NCBI RefSeq assembly: GCF_006345805.1
Contig: NW_021832284.1
Location: 68,738 to 132,737 of the forward strand
Direction: 5' to 3'
DNA: 64,000 bases
Source: Octopus sinensis
Taxonomy: Eukaryota
Position 1 is the stretch's first letter; each line of letters starts with the position of its first letter. The notes beneath the pieces were generated by a model. The model was not told where the DNA came from. It searched no databases and saw nothing but the letters and a program-made list of their open reading frames with translations. Both the position numbers and the translations under genes were made by a program. Positions 12,570 through 26,676 of this stretch are shown piece by piece.

Positions 12570-12860
12570 CGTCGTTTAAATTGTTGTTTGTGCATACAGA
12601 GAGAGCGGTTTACATCCCTAAATTTCAAAATGTTCGCTGTTGAAGTTATGCTTTTTTCTCTGATATAGATATACAGATTTCGTCTACTGCCTCATCCCTT
12701 GTATTTGCTGAGCTTAGATATGATACTCAATTTAATTTGGGTAGGTTGTCGACGTTTCATGCCATATTAGGCAAAGAGATTAGCATCCCTTTTATTCTTA
12801 TATCTAAACGAACCCAAATGGTGTGTCTCTCGCTTTGAAGGTATTTCCTGTCATTCCAAT
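12570..12860 (-). mobile_element. Degenerate Penelope-like GIY-YIG C-terminal fragment
   Basis: Minus-strand translation IGMTGNTFKAR...HLGSFRYKNKRDA...IKLSIISK...NL, with frameshifts. Confidence 0.6.
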
Positions 12861-13848
12861 GTGTGTGTATATATATGCGTGGGTATCCGTGTATATATAT
12901 ATATAAATTAAATTAGAGATAAAACCACTATTAGGCAAATCAAACAGTGAAAAACATAAACCAAAACATAAAAATAAAAATAATTAATATAATTTACAAA
13001 ATATATAAAATATGAAATTTAGAATTTAAAAAATTTTAATTATTTAAATTTAAAATTATTATTTATATTTTATTTAAAAGCAGCAGAAATATAACAAAAG
13101 CTGTTACTCAGAGTTTCACGTTCCCATTCGTCGGAGTAACAGCTTTTGTTATATTTCTGCTGCTTTTAAATAAAGCATATTACTCTACCTCTGGTATTTG
13201 AGTACTCTTTATTCCACCTTATTTCACATTTATGTGGTTACTCCGCTATATATATATATATATATATATATAGATATATATATATATATACCATACTGGT
13301 TTCAACAAATTTGGGGTTTGCGCTGATAAGGAAGAAATTGAAGATAAGCAAGAAAGTTCAGTAAAACATGATTAAAACATCAAATGTTCATACAAATACC
13401 AATATTCAATAAATTTAGAAAATGATAAAGGTTCAAATATTTGATGAATTGCATATCGATTATATTTGATTGAGTTCAGTAGCTTCCAATAACTTATATT
13501 AACAAGTGGTTATGATGATGTATGGACATTTGATTTTTAAGCGTGTTTTACCAAATTTATTCTTATACTTTCAATCTCTATGAAACTTTATTGTGTACCA
13601 TTGAAAATTGGATGCAAAAATTTGTTAAAACCGCTATGGTAGTTTAATAAGCGTATTAAAAATAGTTATACTAACAAGTAGATACTATTAAATTTTAAAA
13701 CTGAACATTGGAGTTTGTTTGAATATTTCATTTTTAAACCAGTTTTACCGATTTTTCTAGGGTATCTTCAGTATCTCTTAAACAGTTTTTCTTTACTATT
13801 GACAAGCAAAGCATTGTTGAAACGGGTATGGTATTATAATACGTTTTG

Positions 13849-14735
13849 AAGGCGGCGCTCTGGCAGAAACGTTAGCACGCCGGGTGAAATTCTTGGCGGT
13901 ATTTTGTCTGCCGTTACGTTCTGAGTTCAAATTCCGCCGAGATCGACTTTGCCTTTCATCCATCCGGGATCGATAAATGAAGTACCAGTTGTCCCCTCTG
14001 TGTTTGGCCCCTTGTGGGTAGTAAAGAAATAGGTATTTCGTCTGCCGTTACGTTCTGAGTTCAAATTCCGTGGAGGTCGACTATGCCATTCATCTTTTCG
14101 GGGTCGATTAAATAAGTACCAGTTACGCACTGGGGTCGATGTAATCGACTTAATCCGTTTGTCTGTCCTTGTTTGTTCCCTCTGTGTGTAGCCCTTTGTG
14201 GACAGTAAAGAAATAAGAATCGTTAGCACGCTGGGCGAAATGCTTAGCGGTATTTTGTCTGCCGTTACGTTCTGAGTTCAAATTCCGCCGGGTCGACTTT
14301 GCCTTTCATCCATCCGGGATCGATAAATGAAGTACCAGTTACGCACTGAGGTCGATATAATCGACTTAATCCCTTTGTCTTTCCTTGCTTGTCCCCTCTG
14401 TGTTTGGCCCCTTGTGGGTTGTAAAGAAATAGGTATTTCGTCTTCCGTTACGTTCTGAGTTCAAATTCCGTGGAGGTCGACTGTGCCTTTCATCATTTCG
14501 GGGTCGATTAAATAAGTACCAGTTACGCACTGGGGTCGATGTAATCGACTTAATCCGTTTGTCTGTCCTTGTTTGTCCCCTCTGTGTGTAGCCCTTTGTG
14601 GGCAATAAAGCAATAAGAATCGTTACCACGCCGGGCGAAATGCTTAGCGCTATTTTTTCTGTGCTTACGTTCTGAGTTGGAATTCCGCCGAGGTCGATTT
14701 TTCCTTTTGAGGTGGATAAAATAAGTACCAGTTGA
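13849..14735 (+). mobile_element. Tandem array of SINE family B units
   Basis: About five head-to-tail units containing cgttctgagttcaaattcc...gcctttcatc...ggtcgataaa. Confidence 0.85.
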
Positions 14736-15590
14736 GCAACGTTACTCATGGATATGAGTATAAAAGCTGCACACCTCTGCCAAGTCATGTCAATCCAGTG
14801 TGCCAGAATACGATCACCAAACCAGTATGTTCTCAAGTTCAAAATCACGGCCTCCACCTCAGACCGTGGTTGTTGGAGAGAACATGCTGAGGCCTTCGTC
14901 CTTCATGTGGACTGAACATGGCCAAAGAAAAAAAAGAAAGAATACGATTTATCAGTTGAAGCTTAAGCATTCGATCGTAATTTTAACAAGATCGATAGAA
15001 CAAGAGAATCGATGACCCAACTCCCCTATCACTAAAAGGGTAAAGACCCACTTCAGTTATGACTGACCATGGGATTGTACCTACAAAGTCACCCTCCGAG
15101 GCACAAGTCCGGGCAAGGTTTTTATGGAAGACCAGCAGTCACCCATGCATACCAGCCTCCTCCTCTCCACACCACAAAGGAAAGGGAAAGGCCGATACAG
15201 CTTGGTGTCAGTGACGTGGCAACTCATTGCTACAGCTGAGTGAACTGGAGCAACCTGAAATAAAGTGTCTTGCTCAAGAGCACAACACACAGCCCTCGTC
15301 AGGAATCGAACTCACTACTTCATGATTGTGAGTCCGATGCTCTAACCATTGACCCATGCGCTGCAACAATAAGCAATATATTATGGACAACTAAGGATTA
15401 AGTACTTACGAGCTGTTACGTGAAAAACAATACAAAATCTAGGTAAATATATAAAAACACGAAACAACAAATTATTTGTTGCGTGATTATAAATCGATAT
15501 TTATCGGAAATAAACAATCTGCCGGAATGCAAAACACAAGTTTTATATAAATATAAATATATTTGCGCACGCATGTGTGTTTGTGGGTGC

Positions 15591-15660
<70 letters not shown>

Positions 15661-16800
15661 CGTAAATAGGGAACAGCTTTTCTTTTGCACAGGCGCAGGA
15701 GTGGCTGTGTGGTAAGTAGCTTGTTTACCAACCACATGGTTCCGGATTCAGTCCCACTGCGTGGCACCTTGGGCAAGTGTCTTCTACTATAGCCTCGGAC
15801 CGACCAAAGCCTTGTGAGTGGATTTGGTAGACGGAAACTGAAAGAAGCCCGTCGAATGTATGTATATATATATATGCGTGTGTGTGTTTGTGTGTCTGTG
15901 TTTGTCCCCCTAGCATTGCTTGACAACCGATGCTGGTGTGTTTATGTCCCCGTTACTTAGCGGTTCGGCAAAGGAGCCCGATAGGATAAGTACAGGGCTT
16001 ACAAAAGATTAAGTCCCGGGGTCGAGTGGCTCGATTAAAGGAGGTGCTCCAGCATGGCCGCAGTCAAATGACTGAAACTAATAAAAGAGTAAAGAGAGAG
16101 TAAAGAGATATAATATTCAAAAACACGACTATGTTCATGTTTGATGTTTTTTGTGTATACATATGTATATATGTTCATGTTTGATGTTTTTTTGATGGTT
16201 TTTGTTTGTGTATATATGTCGTAAATCTTTATGAGTTCTTTATGTTTGGTCCGGAACAACAGCGATTGTTAATCCTATAGTTTCATACTCCGAGCCTTTT
16301 TTGATCGTCTTAATCTTAAAATAAACTATTGTAATGGCGTGTTGTCCGTATGTTCTACACAAAGTTGAAAAACGTCTTGGCAATAATTTTATAACTGATA
16401 AAATTATTAACTCCGGATTTAAAATTATACACCGTTAAATCCAGATGAATTTCAAGATATGATTTTTTTAACACTTTTTTTATTATTTTTCATTATATAT
16501 TTTTAAGTGTTAAGCATTTGTGTGCTTAATTTATTGAGTATTTCGCTATTTTTATTCTTTTTTACTTTTACTCTTTTATTTGTTTCAGTCACTTGACTGC
16601 GGCCATGCTGGAGCACCAGCTTTAGTCGAGCAAATCGACCCCAGGACTTATTCTTTGTAAGCCTAGTACTTATTCTATCAGTGTCTCTTGCCGAACCGCT
16701 AAGTTACGGGGACGTAAACACACCAGAATCGGTTGTCAAGTGATGTTGGGGGGACAAACACAGACACATAAACATACACACACACACACAAACGTACACT

Positions 16801-16834
<34 letters not shown>

Positions 16835-17600
16835 CGACGGGCTTCTCTCAGTTTCCATCTACCAAATCCACTCACAAGGCTTTGGTCTGCCCGAGGCAAT
16901 ACTAGAAGACACTTGCCCAATGTGCCACGCAGTCGGACTAACCCGGAACTATGTGGTTCGTAAGCAAGCTCCTTACCACACAGTCACTCCTGCGTTCTTA
17001 TTAGTAAAGTTGCTGCAATTATTCTTATTTATTGTGTAATTTGATATAAAAATGCATGTGCTGTGAACTAACAGACTACATTATAATGAGTTTAAATGGC
17101 TCCTTGTTTTAAATGTATGGACTAGCAGCAGGAAGCATCGCCCTTGTTTGTCTGACGTAGGCATGTGACTTATGTAAATTACATCATTTTGGTCCCTATG
17201 AATTCGTCACAACGGCGAACAAAAAGAAAGCTGAGAGACATAACCATGTAAGAAGATGCAGAGGTCTTGCAAGGACAATTCTTCATGGAAGCAAAGTTAA
17301 GAAAAAAGAAGAAAGGCAGACAAAGGTTAAATATAAAGGATATTAAAGATTAAATTATATATAATGATAGAGACTACTTATATGCACTAAATGTATGTTT
17401 TTGCCAATGCTTACACTAATTTAAACTTTAATTTCCTTTATATTTAACATTCACTATTGGTATCACTACTCTTTCTGTTAGCTACTTATGACGTTATATC
17501 ATATAACGTTTTTTTTAACAATATTAATAGTGTTCTGTCTATCGCTATACAAATCCATCATTTTTTGCTAAAATGTCTTATTGACGAGTTTCGCTTTTTT

Positions 17601-17687
17601 CACTTTTCTGAGGAGGAGATTGCATTGTTTATACCATTTATTCTTTTGAATAGTATCAGTGGAATTTTCGAAACATGTGTCGAAAGT
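17601..17687 (+). ncRNA. Type I hammerhead ribozyme in 5' pLTR
   Basis: actttt-CTGAGGA-stem II-GAAA-CATGTG-TC-gaaagt. Confidence 0.75.
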
Positions 17688-20465
17688 AAAAATATTTGAT
17701 TACACCTGCGTTAAACTCCATTTATTTATTCATATATTATTCAAAATATTCCACGTAAACACGAAGTTTCTACCTTTATAAACAAGGAGTTACAACATCT
17801 TTACTTGTGCGATTTTTGCTACCCTGGTAACTATTTATTTATTTTTTCCGTGTTAATTGTTAACAAGGTAAAATACACTCATCTATTTATAATACTTTAA
17901 TCAGGTTTATTAATAACCTGCTAACTGAAGAGTTACAGCATATGGAGTTATTGAATATTAACGCATCTCTTAAGGACATTCCTATTCCACCTAAGAATGT
18001 TTTCCTTAAACAACTTGTCAATAAGATAAATTCATTCATCAACCGAATAAGATGGCTTACCTTTTTCTTTGACAAAAATGACACTCAACAACATGCTAAT
18101 GATAAAACATCTGAGTTCAACAAGTTATTTAAATTTAAAAATAGTCCACCGCTTAACCCAAGATTGAAGCAATTTGAATATGATCTCTGGTCCATTGTAA
18201 GACATGTAAATTTTCAACGATCAACACTAAGAAATAAACATCTGAGGTATCTTCGCAACATCACCAAAGAAATCAATTCTATGGATACTATGTTGGTTCA
18301 ATCTGATAAGACTGGAAATCTATACATACTTGATAAAGACTATTATTTGGAATTACTTAAAAAAGAAATTCAGAAAAAGTATAAAATTGCTGATAAAAGA
18401 ATACTTAAGAAAGCCAACATTGAGGCTATGAAAATCATGGTGAAATATAACCTACAAATGAAGACAGAACCACTTGATCCTAAGCTACCTCGGTTCATTT
18501 TGAAGGATCGCAAACTAAATTTTTTTACTAACCCATCATTAAGGCTTATCTGCCCTTCTAGCTCTGACATCGGTATCCTTAGTAAAAATATGCTAGATAA
18601 ATATATTCCTAATTTAATCAAACATTAAAACTTAGTTTATGGACTAATTCGTTTGAAGTAGTTAACTGGTTTAGTTCTATTACCAATAAGGTGAGTACTA
18701 AGTTTATCCAGTTTGATATTTCTAATTTTTATTCATCTATCAATCCAATAGTACTTAATAAGGCTCTTTGGCTTGCTCATAACAAAGCTGGTCTCACCCG
18801 AGAAGAAATTAATGTTGTGTTGGCAGCCAGAAGATCTATTATTAAATTTGATGGTAAGTTGTGGGTCCGTAAAGACACACCAGATAGTTTCGATATACCA
18901 ATGGGAAGTTCTGATTCAGCACAGATAGCTGATTTGGTCTGTATATATATTCTTTTTGAAATGGCTGAAGAGTTCCCTAACATTTATGGAGGTCTATATC
19001 GTGATGATTGTTTACCTCCAAAATGTTTCCAACCAAAAGGTACAAAAAGTTAAGAATAGTTTAGTTAATTTTTTCAGTAGAATGGGCTTAAAATCGTTTT
19101 TGATGACGATATGACGAAGGCCAACTTTTTAGATATTACACTTAATTTACACAGTGACACTTACTTCCCATATCGTAAACCGTTAACCAATCTAAAGTAC
19201 ATTAGCAAATTTAGTAATCATCCTGGAGCAATTACTAAGAACTTAGTTAAGAATATTTCATTTAGATTATCTAAATTATCTGCTAATGTTGATATTTTCA
19301 ATAATAACGCTAAATTCTATAACTCTGCCTTAATTAAAGCAAGTTATACAGAGAAGATTTTCTACATTGATTCTGCTCAGTCTAATTGTAAATTCAATAA
19401 TGTAGATAAGATTTCTAGTCGTAAAAGAATTATTGATTACAAACATAAATTACGCACCGATACAAAGCGAATGAAGGCAGATAACCCTTATTTAATCCCC
19501 TATTATCGATCTAAAAGTAAATATAACACCTTCAAAAGTAATTACGCTATGAATACTAGTAAAAATATTTGGTTAATAATTCCTTACAGGAGACAAATTA
19601 AATCTAATCTCCCACTGCTGTTTCGTCAAGCTTTTGCTGGGAATTTTCCAAACAATTCTAAATATTACTCTACTATCAATTCACATAAGGTTAGGATAGG
19701 TTTTTCAAACACAAAAAATCTCTTGCAAATTATCTCTTCACATAATAACAAACTGTTAATTATTAATACATTTACAAATACTAACATTAATTTAGCTAAT
19801 ACCATCCAACCCTCTAGAAATATTAATAACAAGGTTATTGTATCTGAAGTCAATTCCAATAGAATTAAGTTTATGTCAAGTAACTCTAAGATTAAAAATT
19901 CTATATACCAGTGTATAATCAGTACTCGTAATAAAGTACGATTTTACATTGGAATCACATCGTTAGAGTTATCTAAGAGAATTTCTATTCATTACTCAAC
20001 ATTTAGGGATAGAAATAAACGTAATAGTACCGGTCTCAGCAAACTGATTTGGGATTTAAAAGACCACAATGAACAATTTCATTTAGAATAGTTGATTCTC
20101 TCAATTTCGATACCATATGACAAAGGCAAGGAATTCTGTCTTCTCTGCAATTCTGAGCTATTTTTCATTATTTTTTTCTAAAAAATACTCTAGTAAACAC
20201 GGTTATAGAGCAAGCCTACAGATGTAAGCATTGGCAAAAACATACATTTAGTGAATATAAGTAGCCTCTATCATTATATATAATTGAAACTTTAATTTCC
20301 TTTATATTTAACATTCACTATTAATATCCCTACTCTTTCTGTTAGCTACTTATGACGTTATATCATATAACGTTTTTTTAAACAATATTAATAGCGTTCT
20401 GTCTATCGCTATACAAATCCATCATTTTTTGCTAAAATGTCTTAGTGACGAGTTTCGCTTTTTTC

Positions 20466-20551
20466 ACTTTCCTGAGGAGAAGATTGCATTGTTTATACCA
20501 TGTATTCTTTTGAATAGTATCAGTGGAATTTTCGAAACATGTGTCGAAAGT
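20466..20551 (+). ncRNA. Type I hammerhead ribozyme in 3' pLTR
   Basis: Stem I actttc/gaaagt, CTGAGGA, stem II gaagatt/aattttc, GAAACATGTGTC. Confidence 0.82.
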
Positions 20552-21659
20552 AAAAATATTTGATTACACCTGCGTTAAACTCCATTTATTTATTCATATA
20601 TTATTCAAAATATTCCACGTAAACACGAAGTTTCTACCTTTATAAACAAGGAGTTACAACATCTTTACTTGTGAGATTTTTGCTACCCTGGTAACTATTT
20701 ATTTTTTCCGTGTTAATTGTTAACAAGGTAAAATACACTCATCTATTTATATATATATATGTATATATATGTGTATGTATGTTTAAGGTTGAAAAGGAAA
20801 AGTATTTTAAAAAACCTCTTAGTTTCACCGAATTGTACCGAAATATCGATCCATTTTTGTTGCTTTTTTCTTGTTTATAATCACCCTGCATTATCTTATG
20901 GTTAATACCGGAGGCGCAATGGCCCAGTGGTTAGAGCAGCGTTAGACCAGACCGGGCGTTGTGAGTGTTTATTGAGCGAAAACACCTAAAACTCCACGAG
21001 GCCATGTCACTCTCTGTGTCACGCTGAATATCTCTGAGAACTACGTTAAGGGTACACGTGTCTGTGGAGTGCTCAGCCACTTACACGTTAATTTCACGGG
21101 CAGGCTGTTCCGTTGATCGGATCAACCGGAACCCTCCTCGTCGTAATCGACGGAGTGCTTCTTTTTTTTTTAGGTATTATAATACATTTGCTTAAAAAAT
21201 TAAAAACTACAATTCGATTTAAACACAGATACATTTCCAACCCTACATTTGTTCATGTGTGGGAATATATCTCTTTTCTTCAAATATTTTTATGTATTTG
21301 TATGTGAATGAGTGTGTGCGTGCATGTATGTTTGTATGTTTATGTTTATATATACACACGTATCTGTCTATATCATTGTATATAACTTACACATATTTGT
21401 GTCTATGTATATCTACACATGCAAGAATACAAGACACTTTTATTATCATGGAGTTGTTAGTAAATTTATACCAAGAAATTTACAGAGCTCAGAGTGAGGC
21501 CGGTTGGATGATTGTCGTAGATATATTTAGTAAGAACATTCAAATAGTTTTAAAACAAAGTTAAGAATAAGGTATGGCAAACACATATTTTCAAATGCAT
21601 CAATTAGTTATTAGAAATAATTTAAATGCAAAAGCAAGACATCAACAGCAGTAGCAAGT

Positions 21660-21850
21660 GGAGGCGCAATGGCCCAATGGTTAGGGCAGCGGACTCGCGG
21701 TAGGAGGATCGCGGTTTCGATTCCCAGACCGGGCGTTGTGTGTATTTATTGAGCGAAAACACCTAAAGCTCCACGAGGCTCCAGCAGGGCGTGGTGGCGA
21801 CTCCTGTTGTACTCTTTTGCCCCAACTTTCTCTCACTCTTTCTTCCTGTT
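21660..21850 (+). mobile_element. tRNA-derived SINE family C (also about 20908-21160 and 47561-47725)
   Basis: Head ggaggcgcaatggccca.tggttagggcagcggac...ggtttcgattccc repeated three times. Confidence 0.85.
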
Positions 21851-22135
21851 TCTTGTCCCCGACTTCCTACGCAACGGCTGAGACTGAATGCGCATTCATC
21901 TATCCGTCGATACTCTCGGTGTCGGGGGTTGGCCTGCTTTCTCTTCTGCGGGTCTTACGAATAGCAAAGGACTACGTTTCGGACTTCTCCCAAGAACGAA
22001 GACCGCTTCGCTCAACAAACAAACAAACAGCAGCAGCAATTTCTAATAACCACAAGAAGATTTTAAAGACGAAACATTTTTAAAAGAAGAATTTAAAGAA
22101 AGACTAAGAATTTTTTCAAATAGATATTTAGACTC

Positions 22136-22141
22136 TTTATT
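22136..22141 (-). terminator. Putative polyadenylation signal AATAAA
   Basis: tttatt on + strand just after the predicted stop codon. Confidence 0.5.
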
Positions 22142-22188
22142 TGTGCTTGTACATATAATGGTTTACTTGACGTAATTTAGGATATAGG

Positions 22189-22202
22189 TCATTCAGAAAA
22201 AC
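22189..22202 (-). CDS. Probable terminal coding exon (GFSE*)
   Basis: Pyrimidine-rich tttgcag acceptor, phase 1 fits, TGA stop, AATAAA about 50 nt downstream. Confidence 0.6.
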
Positions 22203-22335
22203 CTGCAAAGTATTAAAAAATGAAAAACTTTAGAAATCTTTAAAACATATCAATATTTATCTATATAAAATACAATGTTTTCAATTCAAATACCGGGAAA
22301 CAAGCAAGCTGAGAACTAAACAAAGTGAAGCAAAT

Positions 22336-22431
<96 letters not shown>

Positions 22432-22458
22432 GAGATAGATAGAGAGATTGATAGATAA

Positions 22459-22523
<65 letters not shown>

Positions 22524-22538
22524 GAGATTGATAGATAA

Positions 22539-22630
<92 letters not shown>

Positions 22631-23439
22631 CCAAACACAGACAGATAACTACATTTTACTCTGAAAGAACCTTAAAAGATAAGAAATATAATGGTTAGCT
22701 CGGCTCTACGAGGAGGTGGTGATCGTTAGAACACCTTCGATCACAAGTCCACTCAGTCGAGTGAATTGCGATTAAGAAGAACAATGCAACTGTTAAATAA
22801 TTAATGCAATTGTTATATGAATAACTAATTTATTCACAAACTAATAATATCTAACGTGATTTTTTTAATTGTCTTCAATGTGTGCAGCGTGTAAAGTCCG
22901 TCTCAGAATTCACAATAGAAATACGGCTGCCCAATAATAATCCATTCTACTTGGAGCACAAGGCCTATAATTTGGGATACAAGGGACAAGTCGATTACAT
23001 TAACCTTAGTACTCAACTATTTGTTATTTCATCGACCCCGGTGCGCAACTGGTTGTTATTTCATCGACCCCGAATGGATAAAAGTCGATCTCGGCGGAAT
23101 TTGAACTCAGAACGTAAGGAAGAAAAAATGCTGCTAAACATTATACCAGTTTGCCACATTCGAATGTCAAATAACATCCTTTCTGCTAAAGGTAAAAGGT
23201 CTGAAACGTTGAGGGAGGGACTAGATGATTACAGCTGATACATATTCTGTAAACCACCGAAGGGCAAATGCAGCCTCGGCGGAACTTGATTTCACGAATA
23301 TCCAACAATATCGAGAGTAAACTTACCAACGTATACTGTGTCTTCGTCACCATACAAACCATGATGCTTTATAGCATGTTCGCAGATATGACATTGCTTT
23401 TTAGGAGCCTCTCCAGATGGTAACCGCACGAACACACAC

Positions 23440-23483
<44 letters not shown>

Positions 23484-23734
23484 AATCACATGGCCTCGTG
23501 ATTAGAGCAGGACGATGTGTGTGTTTATGAGGGAAACTCCTAAGCTCCACGCGGCCCCTGCAGAAGATAATGGCGAACTACAACCGACTCTTTCACCACA
23601 ACTTTCTCACAGTCTTTCTTCTGGCATCTAGAAGCTCACCTGCGACGGACCGGCGTCCCTGCCGGATGGGGAACCTACTCCAATGAAACCGGGGAACCGG
23701 CCCTTATGAGCCAGGCATGGATCGAGAAGGAACG

Positions 23735-23815
<81 letters not shown>

Positions 23816-24220
23816 CGCAGGAGTGGCTGTGTGGTAAGTAGCTTGCTAACCAACCACTTTGTTCCGGGTTCAGTCCCACTGCGTGGCATCTTGGGCAAGT
23901 GTCTTCTGCTACAGCCTCGGGCCGACCAAAGCCTTGTGAGTGGATTTGGTAGACGGAAACTGAAAGAAGCCTGTCGTATATATGTATATGTATGTATGTG
24001 TATGCGTTTGTGTGTCAGTGTTTGTACCCCTAGCATTCCTTACAACCGATGCTGGTGTGTTTACGTCCCCGTCACTTAGCGGTTCGGCAAAAGAGACCGA
24101 TTGAATAAGTACTGGGCTTACAAAGAATAAGTCCCGGGGTCGATTTGCTCGACTAAAGGCGGTGCTCCAGCATGGCCGCAGTCAAATGACTGAAACATGT
24201 AAAAGAGTAAAGAGTAAAGA

Positions 24221-24258
<38 letters not shown>

Positions 24259-24394
24259 CATATATATATATACACTTAGAAAAGGATGCGTGGCGTTCGA
24301 TCATATATTAACATAAATGATATAAAATATATGTATATTTACATACATATATTTACATACCTAATTATTTTTCTCTTCTTCACCGTGCTCTCTT

Positions 24395-24470
<76 letters not shown>

Positions 24471-25120
24471 TTCCTCCTTGGCTCTCTCGTTGCTGACACG
24501 TGACGAAAGGGAATCTATCTTTCTCTCCATTTCTCTCCTAAAGTCAAAACTGTCTCCTCTCATAGCTCATCCTCCTAGCGTTAATAATAATTTATCTATC
24601 GTCTTGGCTCAACAGCCTTCACCGTTTGTTTTTACTGTCTTGTTTTCACTGTCCTGTTCTTGTTACCACTTTCACCCTCCGCAAAAAATCCCAAAATTTA
24701 TTTGATTTACTTTTCGGGAAGTACTGTTACAACGAAGTCGCGTATTGTCCTTGCCTTCGCGAAGCAGTGTAGATGAAACAGGGGAAAATTATGAAGGGGA
24801 ATATTCTTTATGTTGCATGTCTCGTTTCTCTGTATTTTTCGCTGTTCGAAAAAAAGTACGTTTTCTATGTTTTCGTTTTTATGTTTTCGTTTCTTATTGT
24901 GTTAAAAGTTTTTTTGATGTCCATAAGCAGGTATGCATGTATATATACATATACGTAGGTATGTACTTATATGTATGTATATATGCATATATTTATACAT
25001 TATTTTATTTATATATATATATATACGTAAGTACATGTATAAATATACATTTATATATAAGTATATATATTTTTTTTTGTATATGCTTATATCTATATAC
25101 GTATTTATATATATACATAC

Positions 25121-25280
<160 letters not shown>

Positions 25281-26047
25281 GTATGTATATATATATATGT
25301 ATATATACATGTGTGTGTATGTCTGTGTGTGTTTGCGTAATGCTTTGCAGTATTTAATCTGCATCTACGTTCTCAGTTCAAATTCCGCCGAGGTTGTCTT
25401 TGCCTTTCACTCTTTCCGGGCCGATTAACTTTCTATTGTTCATATCTCCCCAACAATCATTGACTTATTCTGTTCAAAGAGATTTTAACCCAATATTTGC
25501 ATTCTGTTATTTATATCTGAATCTCAGGCAACGAATTTGCAGAATTGTTACTGCGCCGGGCAGAATCGTTACTGCGCTGAGTTCAATTTCCTCAGTGGTT
25601 GAATTTTGGCTTTCATTTTCTCAAAGCTAATGAAATAAGTACCAGTTGAGCACTTGGGCTGACGTAATCCACTTTCCTTCCACAAAATTTGTAGCGATCT
25701 GCCAAAATTTGTAACCATTATTATAAAAATAAAGCCAGAGAGCTGGTTCAATCGTTTCTTCACCGCAGAAATACTTAGCAGAATTTCGTCCATCTTGGCA
25801 TATTGGATCCAGATTCCGCCCAGGTCAAGCAGTGCCTCTCATTCTTATCTAATCAATAAAACAAGTACTACTTGAAGACTGGTCCCCATTTTATCAACTT
25901 ACAACCTCACAAGAAATTATTGGATTTCGACTAAAATTTGAAAAGTGTATTACAATTATACTTGAAAACAACGAAGAACAAATTATTTGCCTAAAATTAC
26001 CAGTTCAATGAAAATGCATTAATAATAATTACAAAACCTTTACTCAC

Positions 26048-26231
26048 CAGTGTGAACACATTTTCCGTTCTGAAGAATGAAATTTTCCTTACAAACACAG
26101 GCATATCTTCCTCTTTCAATTCCGCAGTGGCTGTTTTCACCACAAGGAGTGATATCTTCTGTTACGACTTCGTTACCAGGTTTACATATTTTCTTTGTTT
26201 TACAATCTGCTGATATAATTTCCTCATTAAC
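26048..26231 (-). CDS. Cys-rich TILa/EGF-like exon (VNEEIISADC...CGENSHC...CVCKENFILQNGKCVHT)
   Basis: ctacag/gtgagt sites, 184 nt, phase 0-1, Cys-rich. Confidence 0.85.
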
Positions 26232-26676
26232 CTGTAGGTAAGTTTCAATAAATTGAAACCTTATTATACCAGTGTATATTTATGGACTGAACATTTAATG
26301 AAACTTTAAAATATTCCAGTAGAATATTGATGGTGTTTCTAAGACTGAAGCTCAAAGCCTTGTTTTATCACGTATGATAATACATTAGAATACGCTATCA
26401 TTGATAATCCTAGTTTAATTTCTGTTAGTGTAACACGTGAGCTTTTATATAAAGAAAATATACATCGTGACCAGATGGTCGGTTCCAAAGTAAACACCAA
26501 CAGTAATTAATTTAATAAATGATAACCTATCCATATCTTTTATGCCTAATGGTATTTATTATACAGCCCAAAGTCTGTCTGAGTCTGTGTATATGTGTGT
26601 CTATGTGTGTGTGCGTGCGCGCGTGTATTAGTATCTATTTTCATCTATGTATACAAATTTTCATACAGTATTTTAC

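Larger units (their letters stand above)
17326..20750 (+). mobile_element. Penelope-like element (RT + C-terminal GIY-YIG), disrupted ORF about 17942-20262
   Basis: RT motifs FDISNFY, PMGS, YRDD, FLD and EN motif SIYQC...FYIGIT. Direct pLTRs 17423-17890 and 20287-20750, plus inverted 5' piece 17326-17415. Confidence 0.92.

Noticed and set aside
13849-14735. Regularly repeated units that could resemble a CRISPR array
   Set aside because: The units are SINE copies of about 200 bp without unique spacers, the context is eukaryotic, and there are no cas genes.
21660-21735. tRNA-like sequence (also at 1033, 20908, 23813, 47561)
   Set aside because: These are SINE heads that continue into SINE bodies, with no clean cloverleaf.
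22649-22666. Possible 18-nt phase 1-1 micro-exon before the terminal exon
   Set aside because: Weak donor (gtagtt) and no independent support.
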